From the NCBI GenBank assembly GCA_015067715.1, contig SVLY01000005.1:8312-72311 (forward strand): DNA of 64,000 bases, read 5' to 3'. Below the pieces are notes generated by a model. That model was not told the DNA's origin, did not search any database, and worked only from the letters and a program-made list of their open reading frames with translations. A program made the position numbers and the translations under genes. The stretch comes from Oscillospiraceae bacterium (lineage in GTDB: Bacteria > Bacillota > Clostridia > Oscillospirales > QAMX01). This document shows, piece by piece, positions 19,798-29,380 of the stretch (positions within the stretch are counted from its first letter, which is position 1; every line of letters starts with the position of its first letter).

Positions 19798-21057
19798 TCA
19801 TTCTCCGTCGGGGGCGCAGATAAAGCCCTTGACAGCGCTATGCGCGGCGGTTGCGGGGGAGGCCAGGTAGACCTTCGAGGTCACGTGACCCATTCTGCCC
19901 ACGAAGTTTCGGTTTGTGGTGGAAATTGCCACCTCGTTTTCTGCCAAAACCCCCATATAGCCTCCAAGGCAGGGGCCGCAGGTTGGTGTGGAGAGCACGC
20001 ACCCGGCCTTTACGAATATCTCAGCATAGCCAAGTCGGATGCAGTCCAGATAAATATCCTGCGTGGCGGGTATGACGATGCACCTCACGCCCGGGGCAAC
20101 GTGCTTGCCCTTGAGTATCTCTGCGGCAACGGCCATGTCGGAAAGGCGGCCGTTGGTGCATGAGCCGATAACGCACTGGTCGATCTTAACGTCTGAAAGC
20201 TCCCTTGCCGGTCTTGTGTTCTCCGGCAGGTGGGGACAGGCGACCGTGGGGACGATTTTGGAGAGGTCGACCTCCAAAACGCTGTCGTAGACCGCGTCCG
20301 GGTCGGCGGAATAGGCGGTGAAGCGCTTTGTGCCGTGGGTGCGGCAGTATTCCTCGGTTACCCCGTCCACCTCGAAAATGCCGTTTTTGGCGCCGGCCTC
20401 GATGGCCATGTTTGCAATGCAGAGGCGGTCGTCCATGGTGAGGCTGTGCATGCCCTCGCCGGTGAACTCCATTGACTTGTAAAGCGCGCCGTCAACGCCG
20501 ATGGAGCCGATAATGTGGAGGATAACGTCCTTGCCGGAGCAGTTTGGGGCAAGACGGCCTGTGAGGTCGATTTTTATGGCGGAGGGCACCTTGAACCACG
20601 CCATGCCCGTTGCCATGCCTGCGGCCATGTCCGTTGAGCCGACGCCCGTGGAGAAAGCGCCCAGCGCGCCGTAGGTACAGGTGTGGGAGTCGGCGCCGAT
20701 AACCGCGTCTCCCGGGCCTACAAGACCCTTTTCGGGGAGGAGGGCGTGCTCGATGCCCATGTCGCCAACGTCGAAATAGTTCTCAATGCTGTGCTCGGCG
20801 GCAAAACAGCGGCACTGACGGGTCTGCTGGGCGGCTTTTATGTCCTTGTTGGGTACGAAATGGTCCATGACAAGCGCCACCCGGGACTTGTCGAAGACCT
20901 GGGTAAAGCCGAACTTTTTGAATTCGTTTATGGCCACGGGGGAGGTGATGTCGTTGCCCAGAACCATGTCAAGGCGGGCGTTTATGAGCTGGCCGGGAAC
21001 GACGGAGTCCAGCCCGGCGTGGGCGGCCAGTATTTTCTGTGTCATTGTCATTGCCAT
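19798..21057 (-). CDS. leuC: 3-isopropylmalate dehydratase large subunit
   Basis: [26 protein letters not shown] and CGPCLG, the aconitase-family Fe-S ligands. Confidence 0.9.
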   Translation of the reverse strand: MAMTMTQKILAAHAGLDSVVPGQLINARLDMVLGNDITSPVAINEFKKFGFTQVFDKSRVALVMDHFVPNKDIKAAQQTRQCRCFAAEHSIENYFDVGDMGIEHALLPEKGLVGPGDAVIGADSHTCTYGALGAFSTGVGSTDMAAGMATGMAWFKVPSAIKIDLTGRLAPNCSGKDVILHIIGSIGVDGALYKSMEFTGEGMHSLTMDDRLCIANMAIEAGAKNGIFEVDGVTEEYCRTHGTKRFTAYSADPDAVYDSVLEVDLSKIVPTVACPHLPENTRPARELSDVKIDQCVIGSCTNGRLSDMAVAAEILKGKHVAPGVRCIVIPATQDIYLDCIRLGYAEIFVKAGCVLSTPTCGPCLGGYMGVLAENEVAISTTNRNFVGRMGHVTSKVYLASPATAAHSAVKGFICAPDGE

Positions 21058-21073
21058 TTTTGTTTTCCTCCCT

Positions 21074-22738
21074 TTATTTCATTGATATACTGCGGTTCAC
21101 CGCAGAGAAGAGCGCGTTGACGGAAGAAGCCATGATATCGTCGTGAACGCCGACACCCCAGACCTTCCGGCCGGACGGGAGCTTTATGCTGACGTAGGTT
21201 ACGGCCTTTGAGGAAGAACCTGCGGTGAGGGCGTGTTCCTCGTAGGTGAGGTCGGAGAACTTTATGCCGAGGCCGGACTTTATGGCGTTTGCGACGGCGT
21301 CCAGGCGTCCGTTGCCGGTGGCGCTGACGGTCTTTGTCTCGCCGTTTACGTCCAGCACCAGCCGGGCTTTTACCACCTCGTCCCTGTCAAAGCGTAGATC
21401 GGAAATGCGGATCGGGGCGGTGACGTTGATATACTTGTCTGAGAAGATCCCGAGGACCTCCTCGGCAGAAAGCTCTGCATGGGCGCGGTCGGAAACGCTC
21501 TTGACGGCGTAGCCGACCTCTTCCCGCATTTTCCGGGGGATGAGGTAGCCGAATTTGTGCTCCAGCAGATAGCCGATGCCGCCCTTACCGGACTGAGAGT
21601 TGATGCGTATAACGTCGGTCTCGTACTGACGGCCAACGTCCCGGGGGTCTATGGGCAGATAGGGCACCGTCCAGGAATCGCAGTTTTGCTCTTCCCTCCA
21701 TTTCATTCCCTTTGCGATGGCATCCTGGTGGGAGCCGGAGAAGGCGGCGAACACCAGCTTGCCGGAATAGGGCTGGCGGTCGTAGACCTGCATTCGGGTG
21801 ACGTGCTCGTAGATCTCGGTTATCTCGGGGAGGTCGGAAAAGTCAAGCTCCGGGTCAACGCCCTGGGCAAACATATTCAGAGCCATTGTGATTATGTCCA
21901 CGTTGCCTGTGCGCTCGCCGTTGCCGAAAAGGGTGCCCTCGATCCTGTCCGCTCCGGCAAGAAGTCCCAGCTCGGAGTCGGCCACGGCACAGCCCCGGTC
22001 ATTGTGGGGGTGGAGGGACACCACAACGCTGTCCCGGTATTTGAGGTTGTCGCACATGTATTCAACCTGGTTTGCGTAAACGTGGGGGGAGGAGAGCTCT
22101 ACGGTGACGGGAAGGTTGATTATGACCTTTTTGTCCGGCGTGGGCTTCCATACGTCAAGAACGGCGTTGCAGACCTCAAGGGCAAACTCCGGTTCGGTGC
22201 CGGTGAAGGACTCGGGCGAGTATTCAAACCGGTAATCCGTGCCGGACTCACGGGCTATGCCGGCAAAAAGCTCAGCCCCGTCGGTGGCTATCTTTAAGAC
22301 CTCTTCCCTGCTCTTGCGGAAGACCTGCTCTCTCTGGGCAAGAGAGGTGGAGTTGTAGAGGTGGACAATGGCGTTTTTGCATCCGGAGAGAGCCTCGAAG
22401 GTCCTGCGGATAATGTGTTCCCGGCTTTGGGTGAGCACCTGAACGGTGACGTCGGAGGGGATCATGTCGTTTTCGATCAGCGTGCGCAGAAAGGTGTATT
22501 CGGTTTCCGAGGCGGCGGGAAAGCCAACCTCGATCTCCTTAAAGCCCACCCGGACGAGAAGATTGAAAAATTCAAGCTTTTCCTCCAGACTCATGGGGAT
22601 CATCAGGGACTGGTTTCCGTCCCGAAGGTCAACGCTGCACCATACGGGTGCTTTTTCTATATGGGTCTTGCGGGTCCATTTCATTTCCCCGGCTCTTGCG
22701 GGGAAAAACTGTGTTGTGTATTTATGGGTGTTTTTCAT
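21074..22738 (-). CDS. leuA: 2-isopropylmalate synthase (long form)
   Basis: [24 protein letters not shown], and a C-terminal LeuA allosteric domain. Confidence 0.9.
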   Translation of the reverse strand: MKNTHKYTTQFFPARAGEMKWTRKTHIEKAPVWCSVDLRDGNQSLMIPMSLEEKLEFFNLLVRVGFKEIEVGFPAASETEYTFLRTLIENDMIPSDVTVQVLTQSREHIIRRTFEALSGCKNAIVHLYNSTSLAQREQVFRKSREEVLKIATDGAELFAGIARESGTDYRFEYSPESFTGTEPEFALEVCNAVLDVWKPTPDKKVIINLPVTVELSSPHVYANQVEYMCDNLKYRDSVVVSLHPHNDRGCAVADSELGLLAGADRIEGTLFGNGERTGNVDIITMALNMFAQGVDPELDFSDLPEITEIYEHVTRMQVYDRQPYSGKLVFAAFSGSHQDAIAKGMKWREEQNCDSWTVPYLPIDPRDVGRQYETDVIRINSQSGKGGIGYLLEHKFGYLIPRKMREEVGYAVKSVSDRAHAELSAEEVLGIFSDKYINVTAPIRISDLRFDRDEVVKARLVLDVNGETKTVSATGNGRLDAVANAIKSGLGIKFSDLTYEEHALTAGSSSKAVTYVSIKLPSGRKVWGVGVHDDIMASSVNALFSAVNRSISMK

Positions 22739-22754
22739 TTTCTTGCCTTTTTCT

Positions 22755-23141
22755 TTATTTGCTGTGTTCTTTTATGCGGGCTATCGCGTCCACTTCCACC
22801 AGAGCGCCCCGGGGGAGTGACTTTACGGCAACACAGCTTCTGGCCGCAGAGGTGATATACTTTGAATATACGGCGTTGAATGCGGCAAAATCCGCCATGT
22901 CGGAAAGGTAACAGGTGGTTTTTATAACAAGGGCGGGTTCGGAATTGCCCCCGGCAAGAATGGCGCAGAGATTTTTCATTACCTGTTCGGTCTGGGCGGT
23001 GATATCGGTGCCTATAAGCTCGCCTGATTTGGGGTCAAGGGCTATCTGGCCGGATGTGAAAAGAAAGTCTCCTGCCCGTACACCCTGAGCATAGGGGCCG
23101 ATGGCGGCCGGTGCGTTTTCTGTGGATACTGTTTCGAGCAT
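22755..23141 (-). CDS. ridA: RidA family reactive-intermediate (enamine/imine) deaminase
   Basis: ORF 22755..23240 trimmed to the internal Met (MLETVSTENAPAAIGPYAQGV...), because the upstream part overlaps the T-box terminator. It has the YjgF/RidA signature and a C-terminal PRGALVEVD. Confidence 0.8.
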   Translation of the reverse strand: MLETVSTENAPAAIGPYAQGVRAGDFLFTSGQIALDPKSGELIGTDITAQTEQVMKNLCAILAGGNSEPALVIKTTCYLSDMADFAAFNAVYSKYITSAARSCVAVKSLPRGALVEVDAIARIKEHSK

Positions 23142-23204
23142 TTTGCGGTTTCCTCCGTTTTGTACTTTTTTTGTCGGAATAAAGGGGATCACTGCCGGGC
23201 GGGA

Positions 23205-23537
23205 GCAAACGAAAAACGCTTTCGCTCTTTGCCCATACAAATGTCAAAGAGACGAAAGCGTTTACAAACAAAGTATAAACGGTTAAACCTTCCGCGGTAC
23301 CACTCTTCTTCGCAAAAGAAGCTCTTTTGCGCCCTTTTGAGGCCAACACCTCATAACTCTGTCACGGGAGTACCCGTCTGCCCTTACTTGCCCGGAGAAC
23401 CGGAGCTTTCAGTACAGCCACTCCATGGTGAGTTCAGCCCGACCCTCCCAATGCCTCGCACCTGCCGGCATCTCTCTGAAGGGGAGAAAACAGGACCTAC
23501 TGATCCACTTCGTTGTGTTTTGAATTCTACAAGGCAA
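23205..23537 (-). promoter_or_regulatory. T-box leader (leucine-specific) controlling ridA-leuACDB
   Basis: The reverse strand shows an AGAGAG bulge and a specifier-loop context GAA-CUC-A (CUC is the complement of 23430-23432). The conserved T-box AGAGTGGTACCGCGGAAG is the complement of 23289-23307. A terminator stem (23214-23231 / 23245-23263) with a U-tract follows. Confidence 0.8.
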
Positions 23538-23566
23538 ATTATATCACTTTGACTTTTGATTGTCAA
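23538..23566 (-). promoter_or_regulatory. Consensus sigma-A promoter of the T-box/leu operon
   Basis: Reverse strand: TTGACA (23561-23566), 17 nt, TATAAT (23538-23543). Confidence 0.65.
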
Positions 23567-23825
23567 CGATTTTTTATTATTGCGTTGAAGTTTGAACATA
23601 GAGGAAAGGGAGAAAAGTTTTTCAAAGGGGGCGTAAAAACTTTTCTCCCCCCGATAATCCGGGGGGTTAGTGGTGAATATTAAACATAACAAAAGATAAA
23701 TACGGGTATTTGGTTTGGAAAATGAAAACAGGGTGATTGTGTTCGGGGTAAAGCTGTGTTATAATTGCAGAAAAGGAAGGGAAAGACGTCCGTTGCTTGC
23801 TGACTGTTTTCCGGAGGAGAACGCT

Positions 23826-25610
23826 ATGAGAACCGTTAAGATATGCAAGACCGATATATCTCTTTTTTCCGTTGTTGTAAAATCAGAGTCCGATCCTGCA
23901 GAAAAGACCGCCGCTGAGTTTTTGCAGCGGGTCATAAAGGCCTCCTGCGGAGTTGAGCTGCCCATTGTGGAAGAAAACGCCGAAAAGGGCATTTACCTTG
24001 GCTTCCGTGCGCCGGGCGACGGGGTAAAGTACGACGGGTTCAGGCTCTTTGAAAAGGGCGGAGACCTTTACCTTGACGGAAATCTTGCCCGGGGCACACT
24101 TTACGCCGCCTACGGATTTGCGGAAAAATTCCTTGGCTGGCGTGCCTTTGCGCCGGACTGCGAGGTTATTTCGGACTCAGGCGAGGCTGAGATCCCCTCG
24201 GGATTTGAGTTTACCGACAGCCCGGTTTTTGAAATGCGCCATTGCGACAATATTTCTTTTAACCGCCACCGTGACTTTGCCTCTTTCTCCCGAATCAACG
24301 GGTACGGAGAAAAGGGCGACCGCCTTGGGGGAAATGCGGTTTCCGGAATTGAAAACCACACCTTTGAGGCTCTCTGTCCCCCTGCGGTGTATTTCGACGA
24401 GCACCCCGAATACTATTCCCTTTACGAGGGCAAGAGAATTCCGGGAACGAATATACTGAATTCCGTTTGCGGACAGCTTTGTCTCACAAATCCCGAGGTT
24501 TTGAATATCGTCACCGAAAACGTGCTGAAAAAGCTCCGCGCCGATCCCACCCGCCGTGTGGTGGACGTTTCCCAGAACGACAACGCAAGATACTGCCGGT
24601 GCGGGAACTGCGCCCGTGTAGACGAGGAAGAGGGAAGCCCCAGCGGCACTCTGCTCCGCTTTGTCAACGCCGTTGCCGAGAGGGTTGAAAAGGAGTTTCC
24701 GGACGTTCTCGTCCAGACCTTTGCCTATCAGTATACCCGCAAGGCGCCAAAAATCACCCGCGCGCGTCACAACGTTCTCGTTCGCTACTGCACCATCGAG
24801 GCCTGCTTCCGCCACGCAATAGACGACCCCTCCTGCAAAACGAATTCGGGCGTTTTCTGCGACGAGCTCAGAGAGTGGCGTGACAGGGCCAGCGTTCTGA
24901 GCATTTGGGACTATATCTGCAACTACCGCTGCTACGTTGCGCCCTTCCCGAACCTTATTGCCCTTAAAGAAAACGCCAGGTTCTATGCCGATTGCAGGGC
25001 TATTCACCTTTTTGCAGAGGACACCCCCGTGACCCACTGCGGCACCTACGGGGATCTTCGGGCGTACCTTACCGGAAAGGTCTTGTGGGATCCATATATG
25101 TCGGACGAGACCTATGCCGGCCACATTACCGAATTCCTCAAGGCATACTACGGTGAGGGCTGGAAGGATATTGCCGAGTATATCCGGCTTGAGCATGAAA
25201 CCACCCGGGACGTTGAAATGTCCTGTTTCTCCTGGGCGGATATCGGAAACGCCTTTGAAGCCCCCTTCCCAAATATCGGGGAATACATGGCCGGGGAATA
25301 CGTTCCCAAGGCCTACCAGGCCGTCCATCCGGACACTTATCTCAAGCATTTTATCCCCCGCATAGACGATGCTCTTGACCTTTGGAACAGGGCTTACGAA
25401 AAGGCCGGAACGGATATTCAGCGTGAGCACGTCGCTTTGGGCAGGCTTGCCGTTGAGTATATCGACCTTTTCAACACTCCCCACGACAAAAAGTCCATGA
25501 CCGACGAAGAAAAGTCTGCCTACGAGGCGAGGGTGGAGGCCTATTACGCCGCCAAAGACAGGTTCGGTCTGAAGTACAATATCTGGACGTCCCAGTATAA
25601 CGACAGGTGA
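23826..25610 (+). CDS. DUF4838 domain protein (putative glycoside hydrolase-like), paralog 1
   Basis: ORF 23715..25610 trimmed to ATG 23826, after GGAGGAG. AAEFLQRVIKASCGVELPIV...GIYLG...GTLYAAYGFAEKFLGWRAF is the pattern I associate with DUF4838. It has no signal peptide. Confidence 0.7.
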   Translation: MRTVKICKTDISLFSVVVKSESDPAEKTAAEFLQRVIKASCGVELPIVEENAEKGIYLGFRAPGDGVKYDGFRLFEKGGDLYLDGNLARGTLYAAYGFAEKFLGWRAFAPDCEVISDSGEAEIPSGFEFTDSPVFEMRHCDNISFNRHRDFASFSRINGYGEKGDRLGGNAVSGIENHTFEALCPPAVYFDEHPEYYSLYEGKRIPGTNILNSVCGQLCLTNPEVLNIVTENVLKKLRADPTRRVVDVSQNDNARYCRCGNCARVDEEEGSPSGTLLRFVNAVAERVEKEFPDVLVQTFAYQYTRKAPKITRARHNVLVRYCTIEACFRHAIDDPSCKTNSGVFCDELREWRDRASVLSIWDYICNYRCYVAPFPNLIALKENARFYADCRAIHLFAEDTPVTHCGTYGDLRAYLTGKVLWDPYMSDETYAGHITEFLKAYYGEGWKDIAEYIRLEHETTRDVEMSCFSWADIGNAFEAPFPNIGEYMAGEYVPKAYQAVHPDTYLKHFIPRIDDALDLWNRAYEKAGTDIQREHVALGRLAVEYIDLFNTPHDKKSMTDEEKSAYEARVEAYYAAKDRFGLKYNIWTSQYNDR

Positions 25611-25671
25611 GTTTATTCCGGCGCAAAAAAGCGCTGATAATAAGGCTTGAAATAAAAAGGAGAGCTATATT

Positions 25672-27450
25672 ATGAGAACCCTGAGGATAAGCAACAGCAA
25701 CATCAAGGATTTCAGCATTGTTCTGAAAGCAGAGCCCGAAGCCGCCGAAAAGACTGCCGCAGAATTTTTGCAGAGAGTCATCAAGGCTTCCTGCGGAGTG
25801 GAGCTTCCCATCGTTGCGGAAAAAGCCGAAAAGGGAATCTACCTTGGCTTCCGCGCGCCGGGAGATGAGGTGAAGTTCGACGGTTTTAAGATCGCCGCCG
25901 ACGGAGCCGACCTCTTTATTGACGGTAATCTTGCCCGGGGCACCCTTTACGGCGCGTACGACTTTGCCGAAGAGTTTTTGGGCTACCGCTCCTTTGCTCC
26001 GGACTGCGAGGTGATCCCCGCCGAAGGCGAGGCAGAAGTGGTGCCGGGCTATGAGCACGTTGAAAATCCCGTTTTCGAGATGCGCCATTGCGACATCAAC
26101 TCCTACTACCAGGACAAGGCTTACGCCTCCCGCTGCCGCAACAACGGCTACGGCGGCGAGATATACGGCGGAAATGCGGTTTCCGGCGGCGGATGCCACA
26201 CCTTTGCATCGCTCTGTCCTTCTGCGGTGTACTTCGACGAGCACCCCGAATATTTCTCCCTCTTTGAGGGCAAGCGTATTCCCGGCGGCAACGAGCAGGG
26301 ACCCGTTGTGGGCCAGCTCTGTCTCACCAACCCCGACGTTATAAAGATCGTTACCAACAACGTTCTTGAAAAGCTCCGCGCAAACCCCGGACTTCGCCTT
26401 GTGGACGTGTCCCAGAACGACAACGGCAGATACTGCCAGTGTGAAAACTGCGCTCGTGTAGACGCCGAAGAAGAGAGCCACTCCGGCACAATGATCCGCT
26501 TCGTCAACGCAGTTGCCGAGGTTGTTGAAAAGGAATTCCCGGATGTTCTCGTCCAGACCTTTGCCTACCAGTACACCCGCAAACCCCCGAAGATCACACG
26601 GGCACGCCACAACGTTCTCGTTCGCTACTGCACCATCGAGGCCTGCTTCCGCCACGCACTCAACGACCCCAACTGCGCCAAAAACGCCGGCGTTTTCTAC
26701 GACGAGCTTATCGGCTGGCAGGATAAGGCAGAATACCTCAATATCTGGGACTATATCTGCAACTACCGCTGCTACGTTGCCCCCTTCCCGAACCTTATCT
26801 CCCTTAAGGAGAACGTAAAGTTCTTTGCCGACTGCCATGCTATCCACCTCTTTGAAGAGGATTCCCCCGGCGGTCATTGCAGCGCCTACGGCGATCTTCG
26901 CGGATACCTTGTTGGCAAGCTGATGTGGAATCCCTATATGTCCGACGAGACTTACGCAAACCACATCGTTGAATTCCTCAAGGCCTACTACGGTCCCGGC
27001 TGGAAGCACGTTGCCGACTACATCCGCCTTGAGCACGACACCACCGCCGACTTTGACATGAACTGCTTTGAGTGGGCGGACATTGCCAACGCCTTTGAGG
27101 CGCCCTTCGGAACCATCGGCGAGTACATCGCCGGCGAATATCTGCCCAAGGCCTATCAGGCTCACCACCCCAAGACCTATCTCAACGGTTTCATCGAACG
27201 TATCGGAGAAGCTCTTGAGCTTTGGGACAAGGCTTACGCCATGGCCGAGAACGACGTCCAGAGAGAGCATATTGCCCTTGGCAAAATGGCGGCCGAGTAC
27301 ATCGACCTGTTCAACACCCCCCACGACAAAAAGACCATGTCCGACGAAGAAAAAGCCGCCTACGAAGCCAGAGTAGACGCCTACCTCGCCGCCAAGGAAA
27401 AATTCGGCCTCAGATACAATATCTGGACAGAACGGTATAACAGGAGATAA
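25672..27450 (+). CDS. DUF4838 domain protein, paralog 2 (tandem duplicate)
   Basis: It is collinear with paralog 1 over its full length (AAEFLQRVIKASCGVELPIV, NVLVRYCTIEACFRHA, WDYICNYRCYVAPFPNL, LFNTPHDKK). No signal peptide. Confidence 0.7.
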   Translation: MRTLRISNSNIKDFSIVLKAEPEAAEKTAAEFLQRVIKASCGVELPIVAEKAEKGIYLGFRAPGDEVKFDGFKIAADGADLFIDGNLARGTLYGAYDFAEEFLGYRSFAPDCEVIPAEGEAEVVPGYEHVENPVFEMRHCDINSYYQDKAYASRCRNNGYGGEIYGGNAVSGGGCHTFASLCPSAVYFDEHPEYFSLFEGKRIPGGNEQGPVVGQLCLTNPDVIKIVTNNVLEKLRANPGLRLVDVSQNDNGRYCQCENCARVDAEEESHSGTMIRFVNAVAEVVEKEFPDVLVQTFAYQYTRKPPKITRARHNVLVRYCTIEACFRHALNDPNCAKNAGVFYDELIGWQDKAEYLNIWDYICNYRCYVAPFPNLISLKENVKFFADCHAIHLFEEDSPGGHCSAYGDLRGYLVGKLMWNPYMSDETYANHIVEFLKAYYGPGWKHVADYIRLEHDTTADFDMNCFEWADIANAFEAPFGTIGEYIAGEYLPKAYQAHHPKTYLNGFIERIGEALELWDKAYAMAENDVQREHIALGKMAAEYIDLFNTPHDKKTMSDEEKAAYEARVDAYLAAKEKFGLRYNIWTERYNRR

Positions 27451-27463
27451 ATGCTCTGAAAAA

Positions 27464-27498
27464 CAAAAAAACTTCCCGGTAACGGGAAGTTTTTTTTG
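27464..27498. terminator. Bidirectional intrinsic terminator
   Basis: Stem acttcccg (27471-27478) / cgggaagt (27483-27490), flanked by an A-run and a T-run, between convergent genes. Confidence 0.75.
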
Positions 27499-27505
27499 TT
27501 TTTCG

Positions 27506-28402
27506 TTATCCTTTGCAGTTCAGCTTGTGAACGTGGCGGCGGGTTTGGATGTAGAGTTCGCCGGTCTCAAGCCAGATTTTGGTGGAGAAGGTACCGTCGG
27601 GGGAAAGGTCGATTATCCTTGCCCCGTGGGGGTAGCCTTCGAGGCCGTAACACTGGTAGCCGCTGCCCCGGCCGTAGCAGAGGCGGATGCCGTGGAGCGT
27701 ACCCTCGAAGTCGTTTATGTGGTCGTGACCCACGAAAACGCCCTTCATTTTGCCACCGCGCACCATCAGAGAAAAGAGCCCGTCGTTAAGGGGCGTGGAA
27801 CAGACCCGTTCCTGGTTGAAGCCAAGGCAGTCGTGGTAGTCCCAGACCTCGGTGTATTCCTGAAGGGGAATGTGGAAGAAGGCAAGCTCGCAGGCATCGG
27901 GGTAGCTCTCGGAGAGGTTTTTATACCACAAAAGCTGGCTGACGTCGAAACCGGAGTCCGGGGAGTCAAGCAGGAACAGCACCCAGGCGGGAGCTTCCTT
28001 CGTGCCGCCCACGGTGACGGTATAGTTTCCGTTGCCGAAGACCTCTTCCGGCCCAAGCTCAAAGAGGCTTCCCGGGCGGTTCAGCAGAAATCCGGCAAAC
28101 ATACGCCGTCCCGGCTGGCCTCCGCCGAGAAGATCCTGACCGTCGTGGTTGCCCAGCACCGGCGCCCAGGGAACGCCAAGCTCTTCCATGATGCCGGAGA
28201 GAAGGTCGATCATTTTGTCGTCGTTGGGACCCCAGGCAAGATCCCCCGTGAAGACCACGAGGTCGGGTTTTGTCTGCAAAATCGACTGGCGTATGACGTT
28301 GCAGGTGCACTCTCTCTCGTCGTGGAGGCGGTCGTGCTCAAGGTGGATATCCGTAAGCTGGCAAATCCTGAAATTGTCGCCTTTGAAATGTAAATGTGTC
28401 AT
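27506..28402 (-). CDS. Metallophosphoesterase (calcineurin-like), paralog 1
   Basis: ICQLTDIHL, VVFTGDLAW, VLGNHD, VFVGHDHINDF are the metallophosphoesterase motifs I-V. Confidence 0.8.
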   Translation of the reverse strand: MTHLHFKGDNFRICQLTDIHLEHDRLHDERECTCNVIRQSILQTKPDLVVFTGDLAWGPNDDKMIDLLSGIMEELGVPWAPVLGNHDGQDLLGGGQPGRRMFAGFLLNRPGSLFELGPEEVFGNGNYTVTVGGTKEAPAWVLFLLDSPDSGFDVSQLLWYKNLSESYPDACELAFFHIPLQEYTEVWDYHDCLGFNQERVCSTPLNDGLFSLMVRGGKMKGVFVGHDHINDFEGTLHGIRLCYGRGSGYQCYGLEGYPHGARIIDLSPDGTFSTKIWLETGELYIQTRRHVHKLNCKG

Positions 28403-28418
28403 GGTTTCTGCCTCCCGG

Positions 28419-29354
28419 TCATCTCACTGTCTCGCCGGCAACGGGGTGCTTGCGCGCAAGCTTTGCCCGGCGGATGCTGACCTGTTCGTAGATCTGACCG
28501 CCCTCCAGGTAGATGGCGGTTTTGTAGCCGTCCGGGGCAAGGTCGATAAGTCTTGCGCCACGGGGGTAACCCTCCATGCCGTAGGTCTGATAGCCGCAGG
28601 CGCGGCCATAGGTGAGGCGAATGCCCCGGAGCGTGCCCTCGAAATCGTTTATGTGGTCGTGACCCACGAAAACGCCCTTCATCTTTCCGGAGCGCACCAT
28701 TGCGGCAAAGAGTCCGTCGTTCATTTCGGTCTGGCAGATGGGTTCAAGGCAAAAGCCCTTGCAGGCGGTGTAGTCCCAGGCCTCGGAATATTCCGGGAAG
28801 GGCACGTGGAAGAAGGCAAGCTCCTTGGTTTCCGGGGGCAGAGCCGCTGATGTACGGCGGTACCAGAGGTTCTGACTCAGGTGGAAATAGCCCTCGTGGG
28901 AGTCAAGCAGGAAAAGCGCCCAGGCGGGTGCCTCTTCCGTTCCGCCTGCGGTGATAAGGTAGTTTCCGTTGCCGAAAACGCCCTCTTCGCCGTACTCAAA
29001 GATGCTGTTTGGCGCGGCGGAAAGGAGGTCGGCAAAGGCTTTTCTGCCATCCTCCCGGGGAAGGCCGAGGCTTTCCATGAAAAACTCGCCATCGTGGTTG
29101 CCAAGCACCGGGGCCCAGAGCACTCCGGCTTCGGCGCATAGCCCGTCCAGCCGGGCTATGGACTTTTCCGGCTCTGCGCCCCAGGCGATGTCGCCGGTGA
29201 CGACGACAAGATCCGGCTTTGTATCTGCAAGAGCCTTTCTGATCAGAGCTTCGGTCATGCTCCCCTCTTCAAAGCGGTCAACGCTGTGAAAGTGAATATC
29301 CGTGAGCTGGCAAATGCGGAAAGACCCGTCTTCTCTCGTATTGAAATGTCTCAT
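28419..29354 (-). CDS. Metallophosphoesterase, paralog 2 (tandem duplicate)
   Basis: ICQLTDIHF, VVVTGDIAW, VLGNHD, VFVGHDHINDF. It is collinear with paralog 1. Confidence 0.8.
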   Translation of the reverse strand: MRHFNTREDGSFRICQLTDIHFHSVDRFEEGSMTEALIRKALADTKPDLVVVTGDIAWGAEPEKSIARLDGLCAEAGVLWAPVLGNHDGEFFMESLGLPREDGRKAFADLLSAAPNSIFEYGEEGVFGNGNYLITAGGTEEAPAWALFLLDSHEGYFHLSQNLWYRRTSAALPPETKELAFFHVPFPEYSEAWDYTACKGFCLEPICQTEMNDGLFAAMVRSGKMKGVFVGHDHINDFEGTLRGIRLTYGRACGYQTYGMEGYPRGARLIDLAPDGYKTAIYLEGGQIYEQVSIRRAKLARKHPVAGETVR

Positions 29355-29380
29355 ATGTTTTTTCTCCGTTTGCGGAATTG

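Noticed and set aside
23384-23692. A 102-aa minus-strand ORF upstream of ridA.
   Set aside because: It overlaps the T-box leader, the promoter and the 15-bp hairpin. No coding signal was seen.
24177-27324. Two long antisense ORFs (435 and 617 aa) opposite the DUF4838 paralogs.
   Set aside because: They mirror the duplicated sense genes and are G/V/A-rich with no motifs. The sense frames have good RBS and start contexts and collinear paralogy.
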